From Lachnospiraceae bacterium (lineage in GTDB: Bacteria; Bacillota; Clostridia; Lachnospirales; Lachnospiraceae), in NCBI GenBank assembly GCA_017513005.1, contig JAFWDM010000045.1, positions 7,388 to 71,387 of the forward strand: a stretch of 64,000 bases of DNA, written 5' to 3'. A model generated the notes under the pieces. That model did not search any database. It was not told the origin of the DNA and saw nothing but the letters and a program-made list of their open reading frames with translations. Within the stretch, counting starts at the first letter, position 1. Every line of letters starts with the position of its first letter. The position numbers and the translations under genes are program-made. Of the stretch, positions 27,885 through 36,258 are shown piece after piece.

Positions 27885-27921
27885 CAGGCAGGGAACCCTT
27901 CCGGGTGCGGGCTGCCTGACA
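27852..27921 (+). repeat. 35-bp tandem duplication of the hydA 3' end, including its stop codon
   Basis: ggcagggaacccttccgggtgcaggctacctgaca (27852-27886) and ggcagggaacccttccgggtgcgggctgcctgaca (27887-27921). Confidence 0.9.
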
Positions 27922-28026
27922 GGCACAGGGGATGGATCACCGATTTATGTGACTTCTTGTGAAAGCGGGCGGGCAGGCATGTTTCGACATGCTTGCCCGC
28001 CCGAATTTTGAGACCAAGGGCAGCTG

Positions 28027-28112
28027 TTTATTCTTCTCATCGCACAATATCCGCGGCTTCAGTCGTGGGATACGGGCGCAAAAAGGAAACCCACTTCATC
28101 GTGGATACAATC
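28027..28112 (-). repeat. Dispersed palindromic repeat, family 1, copy B (overlaps the stop of the anti-sigma gene)
   Basis: tttattcttctcatcgcacaatatccgcggcttcagtcgtgggatacgggcgcaaaaaggaaacccacttcatcgtggatacaatc. Confidence 0.85.
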
Positions 28113-28902
28113 TGATCAGCTCTTCCGCCGCAGTGAACATGGTGTCCGTCGGGATGTCGTCACTGGAGAGAATTTCAAAAACGACATCATCAGCAATGAA
28201 ATGGATGTTGTCAAAAAAGAGCGTTTCCGGTTCGGGAGTGCCGTAGCTGATGGCAAAATGGTCTTCCTGCTCAGCACGCTGCAGGGTCTCTTCATCGACC
28301 TCGTAGTCTGCCGGCACCATGTAGTGTTCTGTCCGGTCATAGCGAACCTCGATGCCGTCAATCGTGCGTGTCTGTGTAGGATTCGGCCAGCCGCTCATGT
28401 CTTCATAGACACTGTTGGTCCGGGCCAGGTCCACATACAGGGTGCGCCCGGCATCATCCTTGTAGGCAACGGAAAAGGATTCCCAGGAATCAACAACGTT
28501 CTCTGCCTCATCCATCCCTTCGTTTGCGACGAGATTTGCGCCATCCATCACGAAGCTGTCCGCAAGTTTTTCCGGGAGCTTTTGGAAACCGGCGTCTTCC
28601 AGTGCCGCATCGATCTCCTCCCGGCTGGTATAATCATAGGACGACAGCGAATGGGAACCGATACTCACGATTCTGCCTGCCGCAAAGACGGTCGCCGCCA
28701 TGATGAGTACGACAGCAGCGGCAATGACCGCCGTTCTGGATGCTGTGAATCTTTTTTTCATCATTCTATCTCCTTTTTTCTGATGGGCGGCAGCAGTCCG
28801 GAGACTGCTGCACAATGTTTCTTTCCCCTCCGTGGAAAAACGGATGGCTTCGATGGAATCTCTGAAAGAATCTGCAAAATATTGTTCGAAATGATCTGAC
28901 AT
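28096..28902 (-). CDS. Putative membrane-anchored anti-sigma factor
   Basis: Directly downstream of an ECF sigma gene. Short cytoplasmic N-terminus, a single TM segment (VIAAAVVLIMAATVFAAG) and an acidic extracytoplasmic domain. Confidence 0.6.
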   Translation of the reverse strand: MSDHFEQYFADSFRDSIEAIRFSTEGKETLCSSLRTAAAHQKKGDRMMKKRFTASRTAVIAAAVVLIMAATVFAAGRIVSIGSHSLSSYDYTSREEIDAALEDAGFQKLPEKLADSFVMDGANLVANEGMDEAENVVDSWESFSVAYKDDAGRTLYVDLARTNSVYEDMSGWPNPTQTRTIDGIEVRYDRTEHYMVPADYEVDEETLQRAEQEDHFAISYGTPEPETLFFDNIHFIADDVVFEILSSDDIPTDTMFTAAEELIRLYPR

Positions 28903-28997
28903 GACCCTGCCCCCCTGACATTTTTCTCTGCGATAGCACGCCCGTCGTGATATCGATTTCTATGACAGCACGGTTTTTATGACAGCGCTCCGGGACT

Positions 28998-29552
28998 TCA
29001 TTCTGCTGCTTCGCCGGGAACTATTATTTCCTGTTCCAATTGACGCTCATTTTCAATCATTGCTTTCAGCTTTCTCTTCCCTCTGGACAGATAGGCCGAG
29101 ACCGTATTGGGCTGTTTGCCGAGAAGTTCAGCAATCTCGTATACCTTGTATCCCTCATAGTAGTAAAGAAACAGGCTGATCCGGTATTTTTCCGGCAGCT
29201 GCAAGACTTTGTCCAGCAGGTATGATTCCTCGACAGCAGGCGCAGCCAGTTCGCGCGCGGTCTCCAGAGGCACTGACTTCCTGAAGAATGCTCTGCGCAG
29301 GTGGTCCTTGCAGCTGTTGATCGTTGTCCGGATGATCCAGGCTTTCTCGTGCTCCAGAGAAGTAAAATCCGTTTCCCTGAGAAGCAGTTTCAGAAAAACA
29401 TCCTGACAGATGTCCTCCGCGTCCTGCGTCTGTTTCAGGTACAGATAGCAGATCCGCAGGATCATATCGGAATATAACCGCACAAACCGTCCGGCACTGT
29501 CATTATCCATATAGGGCATTGTTCCGCTCCGGTTCCTAAGTTGATTCTGCAA
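28998..29552 (-). CDS. ECF-type RNA polymerase sigma-70 factor (start may be ATG 29519)
   Basis: Region 2 DAEDICQDVFLKL...WIIRTTIN and region 4 LYYYEGYKVYEIAELLG...TVSAYLSRGKRKL. Confidence 0.92.
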   Translation of the reverse strand: MQNQLRNRSGTMPYMDNDSAGRFVRLYSDMILRICYLYLKQTQDAEDICQDVFLKLLLRETDFTSLEHEKAWIIRTTINSCKDHLRRAFFRKSVPLETARELAAPAVEESYLLDKVLQLPEKYRISLFLYYYEGYKVYEIAELLGKQPNTVSAYLSRGKRKLKAMIENERQLEQEIIVPGEAAE

Positions 29553-29688
29553 TGACGGTCCCCCCCGGCTGACCTGCCGGTATGCGGTCGGACCGAGTCA
29601 GCGTATACAGTTGCTGTTGCATTAAATTGTTGTATTGAAGGCCTTCACTTGTAATACGATGCAGAGTATGTAAATCTGACACTGTGAG

Positions 29689-29731
29689 AAAAAAAGAGCG
29701 GGCAGTCATCCTGATAAAGATGACTGCCCGC
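29689..29731 (-). terminator. Intrinsic terminator after hflC
   Basis: Perfect 13-bp stem gcgggcagtcatc / gatgactgcccgc, with a U-tract on the minus strand. Confidence 0.8.
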
Positions 29732-29767
29732 GGTGCGGCGTGTATCTTCGGATGCCCGCGCAGGGCA

Positions 29768-30649
29768 TTATTCCACATTTTCCCCGTAAAGGATCTTCGC
29801 CAGTTCGGAATCTTTATCCAGAATAATAGTTTTGTTGTCTCCCTTCAGGGAGGCCTTCAGCGCGTCGAGGGACCGGATAAAGTTATAGAAATCCGCCTTT
29901 TCGGAGGTGTTGTAGGCTTCTTGGAGGATCTTCATGTATTCCGCCTCGCCCTCTGCGACCAGGATCTCGGCGTTTTTATTTGCATCGGCGACCATGACCG
30001 TGACATTTTTGTCGGTCTCGTTTCTGATCTTCTGGGCTTCGGCCTCGCCCTGTGCGGTATAGGAGGCAGCGATGTTCTGGCGCTCGGAGATCATGCGGTC
30101 GTAGACGGCGGACTTGTTGTCATCGGGAAGGTCCAGCGCCTTGATCTCCGCGGTGAGGATCTCAATGCCGTAGTCGCCGATGTCGGAGTTCGCCTCCGCC
30201 GTGAGGAGCTGGGTGAGCTTCTCGCCCCTGGCCTCAATGACTTCGTCCTGTGTCAGGGAGGAGATCACGTTTTTGAGCGCATTATAGACAGCCGCTTCGA
30301 TTCTCTCCTCGGCGCGGGCATCGATGGCATCCAGCGTCCGTATATAGCTGGTGGGATCGACGACCTTCCACAGGACATAGTTGTCCGCGATCATGCTTTT
30401 TTTATCGCGGGTGATCACGTCAGAGAGCGGGACATCATAGAGCTTCGTAGCCGCGGAAATGATCTGCACGTTCTGGACAAAGGGAAGCTTGGCCTTGAGA
30501 CCCGGTGAGGATTCGATTTTCACGATCCGGCCGAACTGCCGGATCGCTGCATATTGGTTGGGGTGCACTGTATACAGGCTGCCGGTGATGATGAACCAGG
30601 CGATCAATACTGCAATGATGATTCCAGCTTTGCTGATGTTCTTCTTCAT
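29768..30649 (-). CDS. hflC: FtsH modulator HflC (SPFH family); alternative GTG start at 30736
   Basis: N-terminal TM segment, QFGRIV, ITRDKKSMIADNYVLWKV and RMISERQNIAASY.AQG motifs. Confidence 0.9.
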   Translation of the reverse strand: MKKNISKAGIIIAVLIAWFIITGSLYTVHPNQYAAIRQFGRIVKIESSPGLKAKLPFVQNVQIISAATKLYDVPLSDVITRDKKSMIADNYVLWKVVDPTSYIRTLDAIDARAEERIEAAVYNALKNVISSLTQDEVIEARGEKLTQLLTAEANSDIGDYGIEILTAEIKALDLPDDNKSAVYDRMISERQNIAASYTAQGEAEAQKIRNETDKNVTVMVADANKNAEILVAEGEAEYMKILQEAYNTSEKADFYNFIRSLDALKASLKGDNKTIILDKDSELAKILYGENVE

Positions 30650-30728
30650 ATCTGTGATGATATCCTCCGAGTAAAGAACGACAGGATGGACCTGTACGCC
30701 GTTTTGCGTGTTTCTGTGTGCAGTCAAG

Positions 30729-31775
30729 TCAGTCACCGGTTGTCCTGGCTCCGCCTGTCCCTGCTCCGGTGGCTCCTGTCCCGGAAATCTCTGTGCCTTC
30801 CGGCGCGGAGGAAAAGCTCTCGATCGGATACATCGTCTGGGTGTTTCCGTCGCTGATGATGACCTTCAGCCCCGGCATGATGTCCTCCAGCGTCTCATAA
30901 AAAAGGCGGTGCTTTGTGATCAGGGGATTATTTTTGTACTCCTCGTACATGGCATTAAAACGCGCGACCTGGCCTTCAGCCTCCGCGATGCGCCCGGCTT
31001 TTTTTGCCTCCGCGTTCTGTACGATCTTATCCGCGGTCGCCTCTGCGGCAGGGAGCTGTTCGTTCCGGTACTTGTTCGCGTTGTTGATGGCGGTATCCTT
31101 GCCCTGTTTTGCGGTCTCGACCGCTTTAAAGGCATGCACGATCTCCTCTGTGGGGGGCTCCGCATCCTGGACGGTAATGTTGACTACCTGGAGGCCGATG
31201 TTCTGGCGCGTCAGTTCATCCTGCATCTTCTGTTTCACGAGCGACTGGATCTGTGCCTTCCCGGTCGTCATCGCGTCGTCGACCGTAAAGTCGATCACAG
31301 TAGAACGGATCGCCGCCAGGGCGACATTTTTGAGGATATATTCGGGTGTCCTGGAATTGTACAGGTAGGCGACCGGATCCGACACGCGATACTCCATGTA
31401 AAAGTCGATGTCGATCAGATTGAAGTCGGAAGTGATCATGATCCCCTCCGTGTCGACGGTAAAGACCTGCCCGTCGTCGTCGACCTCGTAGCCAAGGCCC
31501 GTGCCGTGGATCGTCGTATCCACCTTTGTCACCTGCTGGATCCAGGGGATTTTAAAGTAGAGGCCGGCGGTGTCCGTCCGGATCACGCTGCCGAACATGG
31601 TGACGACGGCGGCCTCCTGTTCGTCCACCCGGTAAAATCCGCCGAGGATGGTCCCGATGACGAGCAGCGCCAGGATCGCGGTGAGGATCCTTTTCGCAGC
31701 CCCCTTCATGGAAAAGTCTTTCATGTTGAATTTCGAAGTACTGTTTTTATTTTCAGAATCATGATGCAGGTTCAT
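30729..31775 (-). CDS. hflK: FtsH modulator HflK (SPFH family)
   Basis: TM segment, EQEAAVVTMFG, MITSDFN and VQDAEPP motifs. ATG 31775 follows RBS aggag; adjacent to hflC. Confidence 0.9.
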   Translation of the reverse strand: MNLHHDSENKNSTSKFNMKDFSMKGAAKRILTAILALLVIGTILGGFYRVDEQEAAVVTMFGSVIRTDTAGLYFKIPWIQQVTKVDTTIHGTGLGYEVDDDGQVFTVDTEGIMITSDFNLIDIDFYMEYRVSDPVAYLYNSRTPEYILKNVALAAIRSTVIDFTVDDAMTTGKAQIQSLVKQKMQDELTRQNIGLQVVNITVQDAEPPTEEIVHAFKAVETAKQGKDTAINNANKYRNEQLPAAEATADKIVQNAEAKKAGRIAEAEGQVARFNAMYEEYKNNPLITKHRLFYETLEDIMPGLKVIISDGNTQTMYPIESFSSAPEGTEISGTGATGAGTGGARTTGD

Positions 31776-31832
31776 AGGGCTGTTTCTCCTGTCAGCTGGC
31801 TTGGGGGTACCATGGTGCATTCCTCCGGTGCA

Positions 31833-32849
31833 TTAGGGGGTCTGCGGACTCTCCTTGAAAAACGGCGCGTATTTTGCAGCCAGGAGGATGGCTTCCGCCA
31901 TGCTGATCTCACTGGCGATGTTTTTGCCGGCGATGTCAAAGGCTGTCCCGTGATCCACGGAGGTGCGCAGGATCGGCATGCCGTTGGTGATGGAGATCGT
32001 GCGGTCAAAGTCCAGCGTCTTGGTCGCGATATGTCCCTGGTCGTGGTAGAGGGAGAGGACGCTGTTGTAGCGTCCCAGCGCGGCCTGGTGAAAGACAGAA
32101 TCCGCTCCGATGGGACCGGTGACAGGACAGCCCTCTGCCTGCAGCTCCTCGACAGCGGGGGTGATCTCGTTGACCTCTTCCCAGCCAAAGAGCCCGTGCT
32201 CGCCGCAGTGGGGGTTCAGGCCGGCCACCGCCATCGTGCCTTCGGTAACGCCGAGGCGGCGCAGGGCCGCCAGGCTCTCCTTTACACAGGCCTTGATATT
32301 TTCCTTTGTGATGTCGTCCAGCATATCCCGCAGGGATTTGTGGCGTGTGAGGAAAAAGACACGGAGCCCGTTTGTCTCAAACATGGTCAGGGGGTTCTTC
32401 GTTCCGGTCAGCGCACCGAAGATTTCCGTATGGCCGATGTAGGGAACCTGGGCAGCATGCAGGGCTTCTTTATTGATCGGCGTCGTCGCGACCGCGTCCG
32501 CCTCCTTTGCCATGGCGAGTTCGATGCTCTTCTGAATGTATTCAAAGGCCGCCTTCCCGCACATGGCCTGCACGGCACCGTAGGAAAACCTGGACTGATC
32601 GATGTTGGCCAGGTCGATCAGGTTCAGGATCCCGGGGAGGTACTTTCCGTCCGCCGGTCTGTCCACCACGTTGACTGTAAGGTCAGTGTGAGTGATCTCA
32701 ATGGCTTTTTTCATGATCTGCCGGTCTCCGATCACGATGATGTCGGCGGCATCGCTGACGCTTTTTTTCGCACAGGCCTTTGCGACGATCTCGGGGCCAA
32801 TGCCCGCGGGATCTCCGACAGGGACTGCGATCACAGGTTTTCTGCTCAT
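31833..32849 (-). CDS. pdxA: PdxA-family dehydrogenase (PdxA2 / 4-phospho-threonate dehydrogenase by context)
   Basis: GDPAGIGPEI, GHTE, GLNPHCGE, LYHDQGHI and RTSVDHGTAFDIAG motifs, next to a DUF1537 kinase. Confidence 0.92.
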   Translation of the reverse strand: MSRKPVIAVPVGDPAGIGPEIVAKACAKKSVSDAADIIVIGDRQIMKKAIEITHTDLTVNVVDRPADGKYLPGILNLIDLANIDQSRFSYGAVQAMCGKAAFEYIQKSIELAMAKEADAVATTPINKEALHAAQVPYIGHTEIFGALTGTKNPLTMFETNGLRVFFLTRHKSLRDMLDDITKENIKACVKESLAALRRLGVTEGTMAVAGLNPHCGEHGLFGWEEVNEITPAVEELQAEGCPVTGPIGADSVFHQAALGRYNSVLSLYHDQGHIATKTLDFDRTISITNGMPILRTSVDHGTAFDIAGKNIASEISMAEAILLAAKYAPFFKESPQTP

Positions 32850-32915
32850 TTATTCTCTCCTTCCTCAGTAAAGTATACCACAGGGACTGCCGCCCGGGCC
32901 CGCCGGAATGTTTGC

Positions 32916-32975
32916 GCAAAGTTACTGCAATGCAAAGCTTTGCTACCGCCCTTCGAGGGGGCGTGTACAGTAACG
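32916..32975. repeat. Dispersed palindromic repeat, family 2, copy 1
   Basis: cgcaaagttactgcaatgcaaagctttgctaccgcccttcgagggggcgtgtacagtaacg, closely matching 55117-55175. Confidence 0.8.
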
Positions 32976-33019
32976 GCTTGTCTGCAGCGGTCTGTCCCCG
33001 GGCTCCCTACCAGGCGCTG

Positions 33020-34333
33020 TCATGGCGCAGAATACGCTTTCATCTTTTCCTGCAAATAGTCGACGCAGCGAATCAGTGCCTGTTTATCCCCCTGGCTTCC
33101 GCCCTTCGTGACAAAATCGATTCCATCCAGTTCCCCGCCTGTAAACCGGCCGTAGGCGGCGAGAGGCAGGACTTCGTCCCTGAGATCCAGGCCTGCGGCG
33201 CCGGAGGCGGCGCAGATCGCCTGTGTCACGTCGCCGCCGCTCGCATAGAGGCCGCCGAAAGAAGGCTCAGCGCGCAGGATGCGCAGGGTGATCTCCGCAA
33301 AGGCGCGGTTGATCCGCCCTGTCACTTCCTCCAGGGTGCAGTGGTCTTTTTCCATGTATGGAAGGAAGTCGATCCGGTTTTCCGGGTAGACACCGTCCCC
33401 CACGACGGAGGAGACGATATTGTGATTCGCTGTCTGCAGGACTGCCGAGACGACCCGCTGGATTTCCTGTTCGCAGGAGTCTTTCTCCAGAAGCAGGCGG
33501 GTTTTTACGAAGGCATTCACGCTCTTTTGTGTCCGCCAGAATTCCTCCAGCTGGGCGGTCGTGGAGGGATTTACACTGCCGATGACGAGCAGGATCTGTT
33601 TCTCTCTGCTTTCCCGCCTGGGGCTGACCATTCTGCGCATCAGTGCCGCAGTGAAGGGACCGGGATCCACCGCCACGATTTTTTTCCCGCTGGCGATGCA
33701 GGCATCTGCGATCAGATCGAGATCCTCCTGGGAGATGCAGTCCATGGTGAAAATGCGGACTCCCCTCCGGTTCAGAGACCGGATCTTCTGCGCCAGTGCA
33801 TTGTGGCCGTCTATCATGTCTTTGAGCCGGATGGACGCGACCGTATATCTGCTCTGCTGCCGGAACAGAGTGTCTACTTCAGAGATTCTGACAGGGCATT
33901 TGGGATCGCCGGCGATATCCGTAAGGTGCACGGGCACTCCGTTTACCAGCAGGCAGTTGCCGACAACGATCCGTCCCGAGGAGGGAAAGCAGGGGACGGC
34001 TACGGCGATGTAGTCCTCCCCCAGGCTGTCCAGCATGGCATCCGTCTCGCTTCCCAGGTTTCCGCGGAGTGTGGAATCGATCCTCTTTCCATAGAGGAGG
34101 ACGTCATCATTTTTGAATGTCTGCGCTGCTGTAAAGACTCTGCGGTAGGCTTCTGCCGCATCCACACCCCGGCTGTCCGTGGGATACAGAAGGCAGTCAT
34201 ATTTGTACAGCAGTTCCGGACCGCAATGATCCGGCTGCATGACCGTCGTTGCGCGGTACTGCAATTTTGTCAACAATACGCCGGTCGCGTTCGCCCCGGT
34301 CAGATCATCTGCTATTACGATACATGCAGCCAT
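33020..34333 (-). CDS. Four-carbon acid-sugar kinase (DUF1537; DtnK/DenK-like)
   Basis: ADDLTGA, KRIDSTLRGN and TKGGSQG motifs, directly upstream of pdxA. Confidence 0.88.
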   Translation of the reverse strand: MAACIVIADDLTGANATGVLLTKLQYRATTVMQPDHCGPELLYKYDCLLYPTDSRGVDAAEAYRRVFTAAQTFKNDDVLLYGKRIDSTLRGNLGSETDAMLDSLGEDYIAVAVPCFPSSGRIVVGNCLLVNGVPVHLTDIAGDPKCPVRISEVDTLFRQQSRYTVASIRLKDMIDGHNALAQKIRSLNRRGVRIFTMDCISQEDLDLIADACIASGKKIVAVDPGPFTAALMRRMVSPRRESREKQILLVIGSVNPSTTAQLEEFWRTQKSVNAFVKTRLLLEKDSCEQEIQRVVSAVLQTANHNIVSSVVGDGVYPENRIDFLPYMEKDHCTLEEVTGRINRAFAEITLRILRAEPSFGGLYASGGDVTQAICAASGAAGLDLRDEVLPLAAYGRFTGGELDGIDFVTKGGSQGDKQALIRCVDYLQEKMKAYSAP

Positions 34334-34411
34334 ATTCCCCCTCCGTACTATACCTGTTTACAGCGGTTTCGTGATACGTGATACCGACTCGATCAGCTCC
34401 CCATGTATATC

Positions 34412-34518
34412 CGTTTTATTCTTCATCGCACAATACCCATGAGTTCAGTCGTGGGATACGCGCGCAAAAAGGGAAACTCGCTTCATCGTGGGGACAATCC
34501 CGCGATGAAGAATAAACG
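34412..34518 (-). repeat. Dispersed palindromic repeat, family 1, copy C, with inverted termini
   Basis: Left end cgttttattcttcatcgc (34412-34429) and right end gcgatgaagaataaacg (34502-34518) are inverted copies. The core ttcagtcgtgggatacg lies inside. Confidence 0.85.
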
Positions 34519-34649
34519 CTCCGCGAGGATGCGCACGGATGCGGTGCGCAAGACTCCCGTGCAGGGCCTGAATCTGCTGCCTCGGGCAAAAAACTGCACC
34601 GCAGGGCAGCCGGACCTGCCCGCAGGGAGGCTGTCTTTCAGTGCATAAG

Positions 34650-36056
34650 TCAGTGCATAAAGAGGCTCAGGATCAGAATCTCGACGACGCCCACTGCCCA
34701 GGCGATGGTCGATGTAACGGACCAGATCCTGAGCTGGTCCTTTGCTTCGCTGACGCCCAGTGTCCGGTTGACGACCCAGAAATAGGAGTCGTTGAAATAG
34801 CCGAAAAAGAGGGAGCCGACGCAGCAGGCGATCGCGCCCAGGGTGGGATTGACCTCGCCGGCAAGGAGGATCGGGGCGGAAATAGAGGCCGCCGTCATCA
34901 TGGCCACTGTCCCTGAGCCCTGGATAAAGCGCATGGCTGTGGAAATGACCAGAGGCAGGATGATCATGGGAATCGCTGTCCTGGACAGGCCCTCTGCCAT
35001 AAAGGTACCGAGACCGGAATCCTTGATGATCTGGCCCAGGGCACCGCCGCCGCCCGTGACCAGCATGATGATGCCTGCGGAGGCCATCCCCTTCTCCATT
35101 TCTGCCAGGGCGGACCGGCGGCTCAGACGCCTGCCGAGCGTAAAGATGGCACACATAAGCCCCAGGCCGACGGCAATGATCGGCTGGCCCAGAAAGACGA
35201 GGATCCCGATGAAACCGGTGGTTGCGCCGAGTGCGGAAGCGACTGTGTTGATCAGGATCAGGAGGATGGGCAGAAGCAGGGGCATAAAGGATTCCAGGGT
35301 TCCGGGGATTCCCTTCGTGTCCATCCGGAAGGCTTCTTCATAATCGGGCGCCTGGTATCTGGCTGCATAGGGCTTATCGTCCTTATCCAGGAGCCAGTAA
35401 TATTTCTTTGCCAGAACGGTGCGGGCATACAGGATGCAGGCAATCGCCATGGGCAGTGAGAGGACGATGGACAGGAGGATAAAGAAACCGACATCGATAC
35501 CGAAGATGCCGCAGACGCCGAGGGGCCCCGGCGTAGGAGGGACCATGGAGTGGGTGATGACGAGTCCCGCCGCCAGGGAGACGCCCAGCGCAATGACGGA
35601 TTTTTTTGTGGCTCTGGAGAGAGCCTTTGCGATAGGGGCGAGGACGACAAAGCCGGAATCGCAGAAGATCGGGATCGAGACGAGAAATCCTGTAAAGGCC
35701 AGCGCCTCTTCCTCACGCCGCCTGCCGAAGAGCTTCAGGAAGGTGTAGGCCATCCGCTTTGCAGCGCCGGTCGCCTCGAAGAGCTGTCCCATCATGACAC
35801 CGAAGCCGATGATAATTCCGATGTTTCCCAGGGTACCTCCGAAGCCGGAGGTGATCGAGTTGATGATCCCGAAGGTCCTCCCGTCCTCCAGAGTGACGTT
35901 GAGCAGCGGCATGCCGCCGATCACGCCGACCAGGACAGTCGTGGTGATCAGGGCCAGGAAGGCCTGAATCTTTGTCTTTAAGACCATGATGATCAGAAGG
36001 ATGATACCGATCGCAAGCGCAAGCAGCATCCTTTGTCCGCTTAATCCGTAAACCAT
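34650..36056 (-). CDS. gntP: GntP-family acid-sugar permease
   Basis: PIFCDSGFVVL, HSMVPPTPGP, QGSGTVAM and NDSYFWVV motifs, with multiple TM segments. Confidence 0.9.
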   Translation of the reverse strand: MVYGLSGQRMLLALAIGIILLIIMVLKTKIQAFLALITTTVLVGVIGGMPLLNVTLEDGRTFGIINSITSGFGGTLGNIGIIIGFGVMMGQLFEATGAAKRMAYTFLKLFGRRREEEALAFTGFLVSIPIFCDSGFVVLAPIAKALSRATKKSVIALGVSLAAGLVITHSMVPPTPGPLGVCGIFGIDVGFFILLSIVLSLPMAIACILYARTVLAKKYYWLLDKDDKPYAARYQAPDYEEAFRMDTKGIPGTLESFMPLLLPILLILINTVASALGATTGFIGILVFLGQPIIAVGLGLMCAIFTLGRRLSRRSALAEMEKGMASAGIIMLVTGGGGALGQIIKDSGLGTFMAEGLSRTAIPMIILPLVISTAMRFIQGSGTVAMMTAASISAPILLAGEVNPTLGAIACCVGSLFFGYFNDSYFWVVNRTLGVSEAKDQLRIWSVTSTIAWAVGVVEILILSLFMH

Positions 36057-36258
36057 ATGAAATCTCCTTTCCCTTAGAAGGCGGGATCGCGCACATCGCC
36101 TGCAGGCAAATAAGCCGATCCAAAGAGTGTCTAACGCTTCGGCTGAGCCGGGAAACTCCGGTATCCCGGTTTCTTGAAACGGCAGCCGGAGACGCGGTGG
36201 AAGGTGATGAGCGATGGGATTTTATCGCTCGTCTCAAAAGGGGGTTCTTCCGCCTCTG

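Noticed and set aside
30708-33059. 783-aa plus-strand ORF
   Set aside because: It lies antisense to hflK and pdxA, which have clear family motifs; a shadow ORF.
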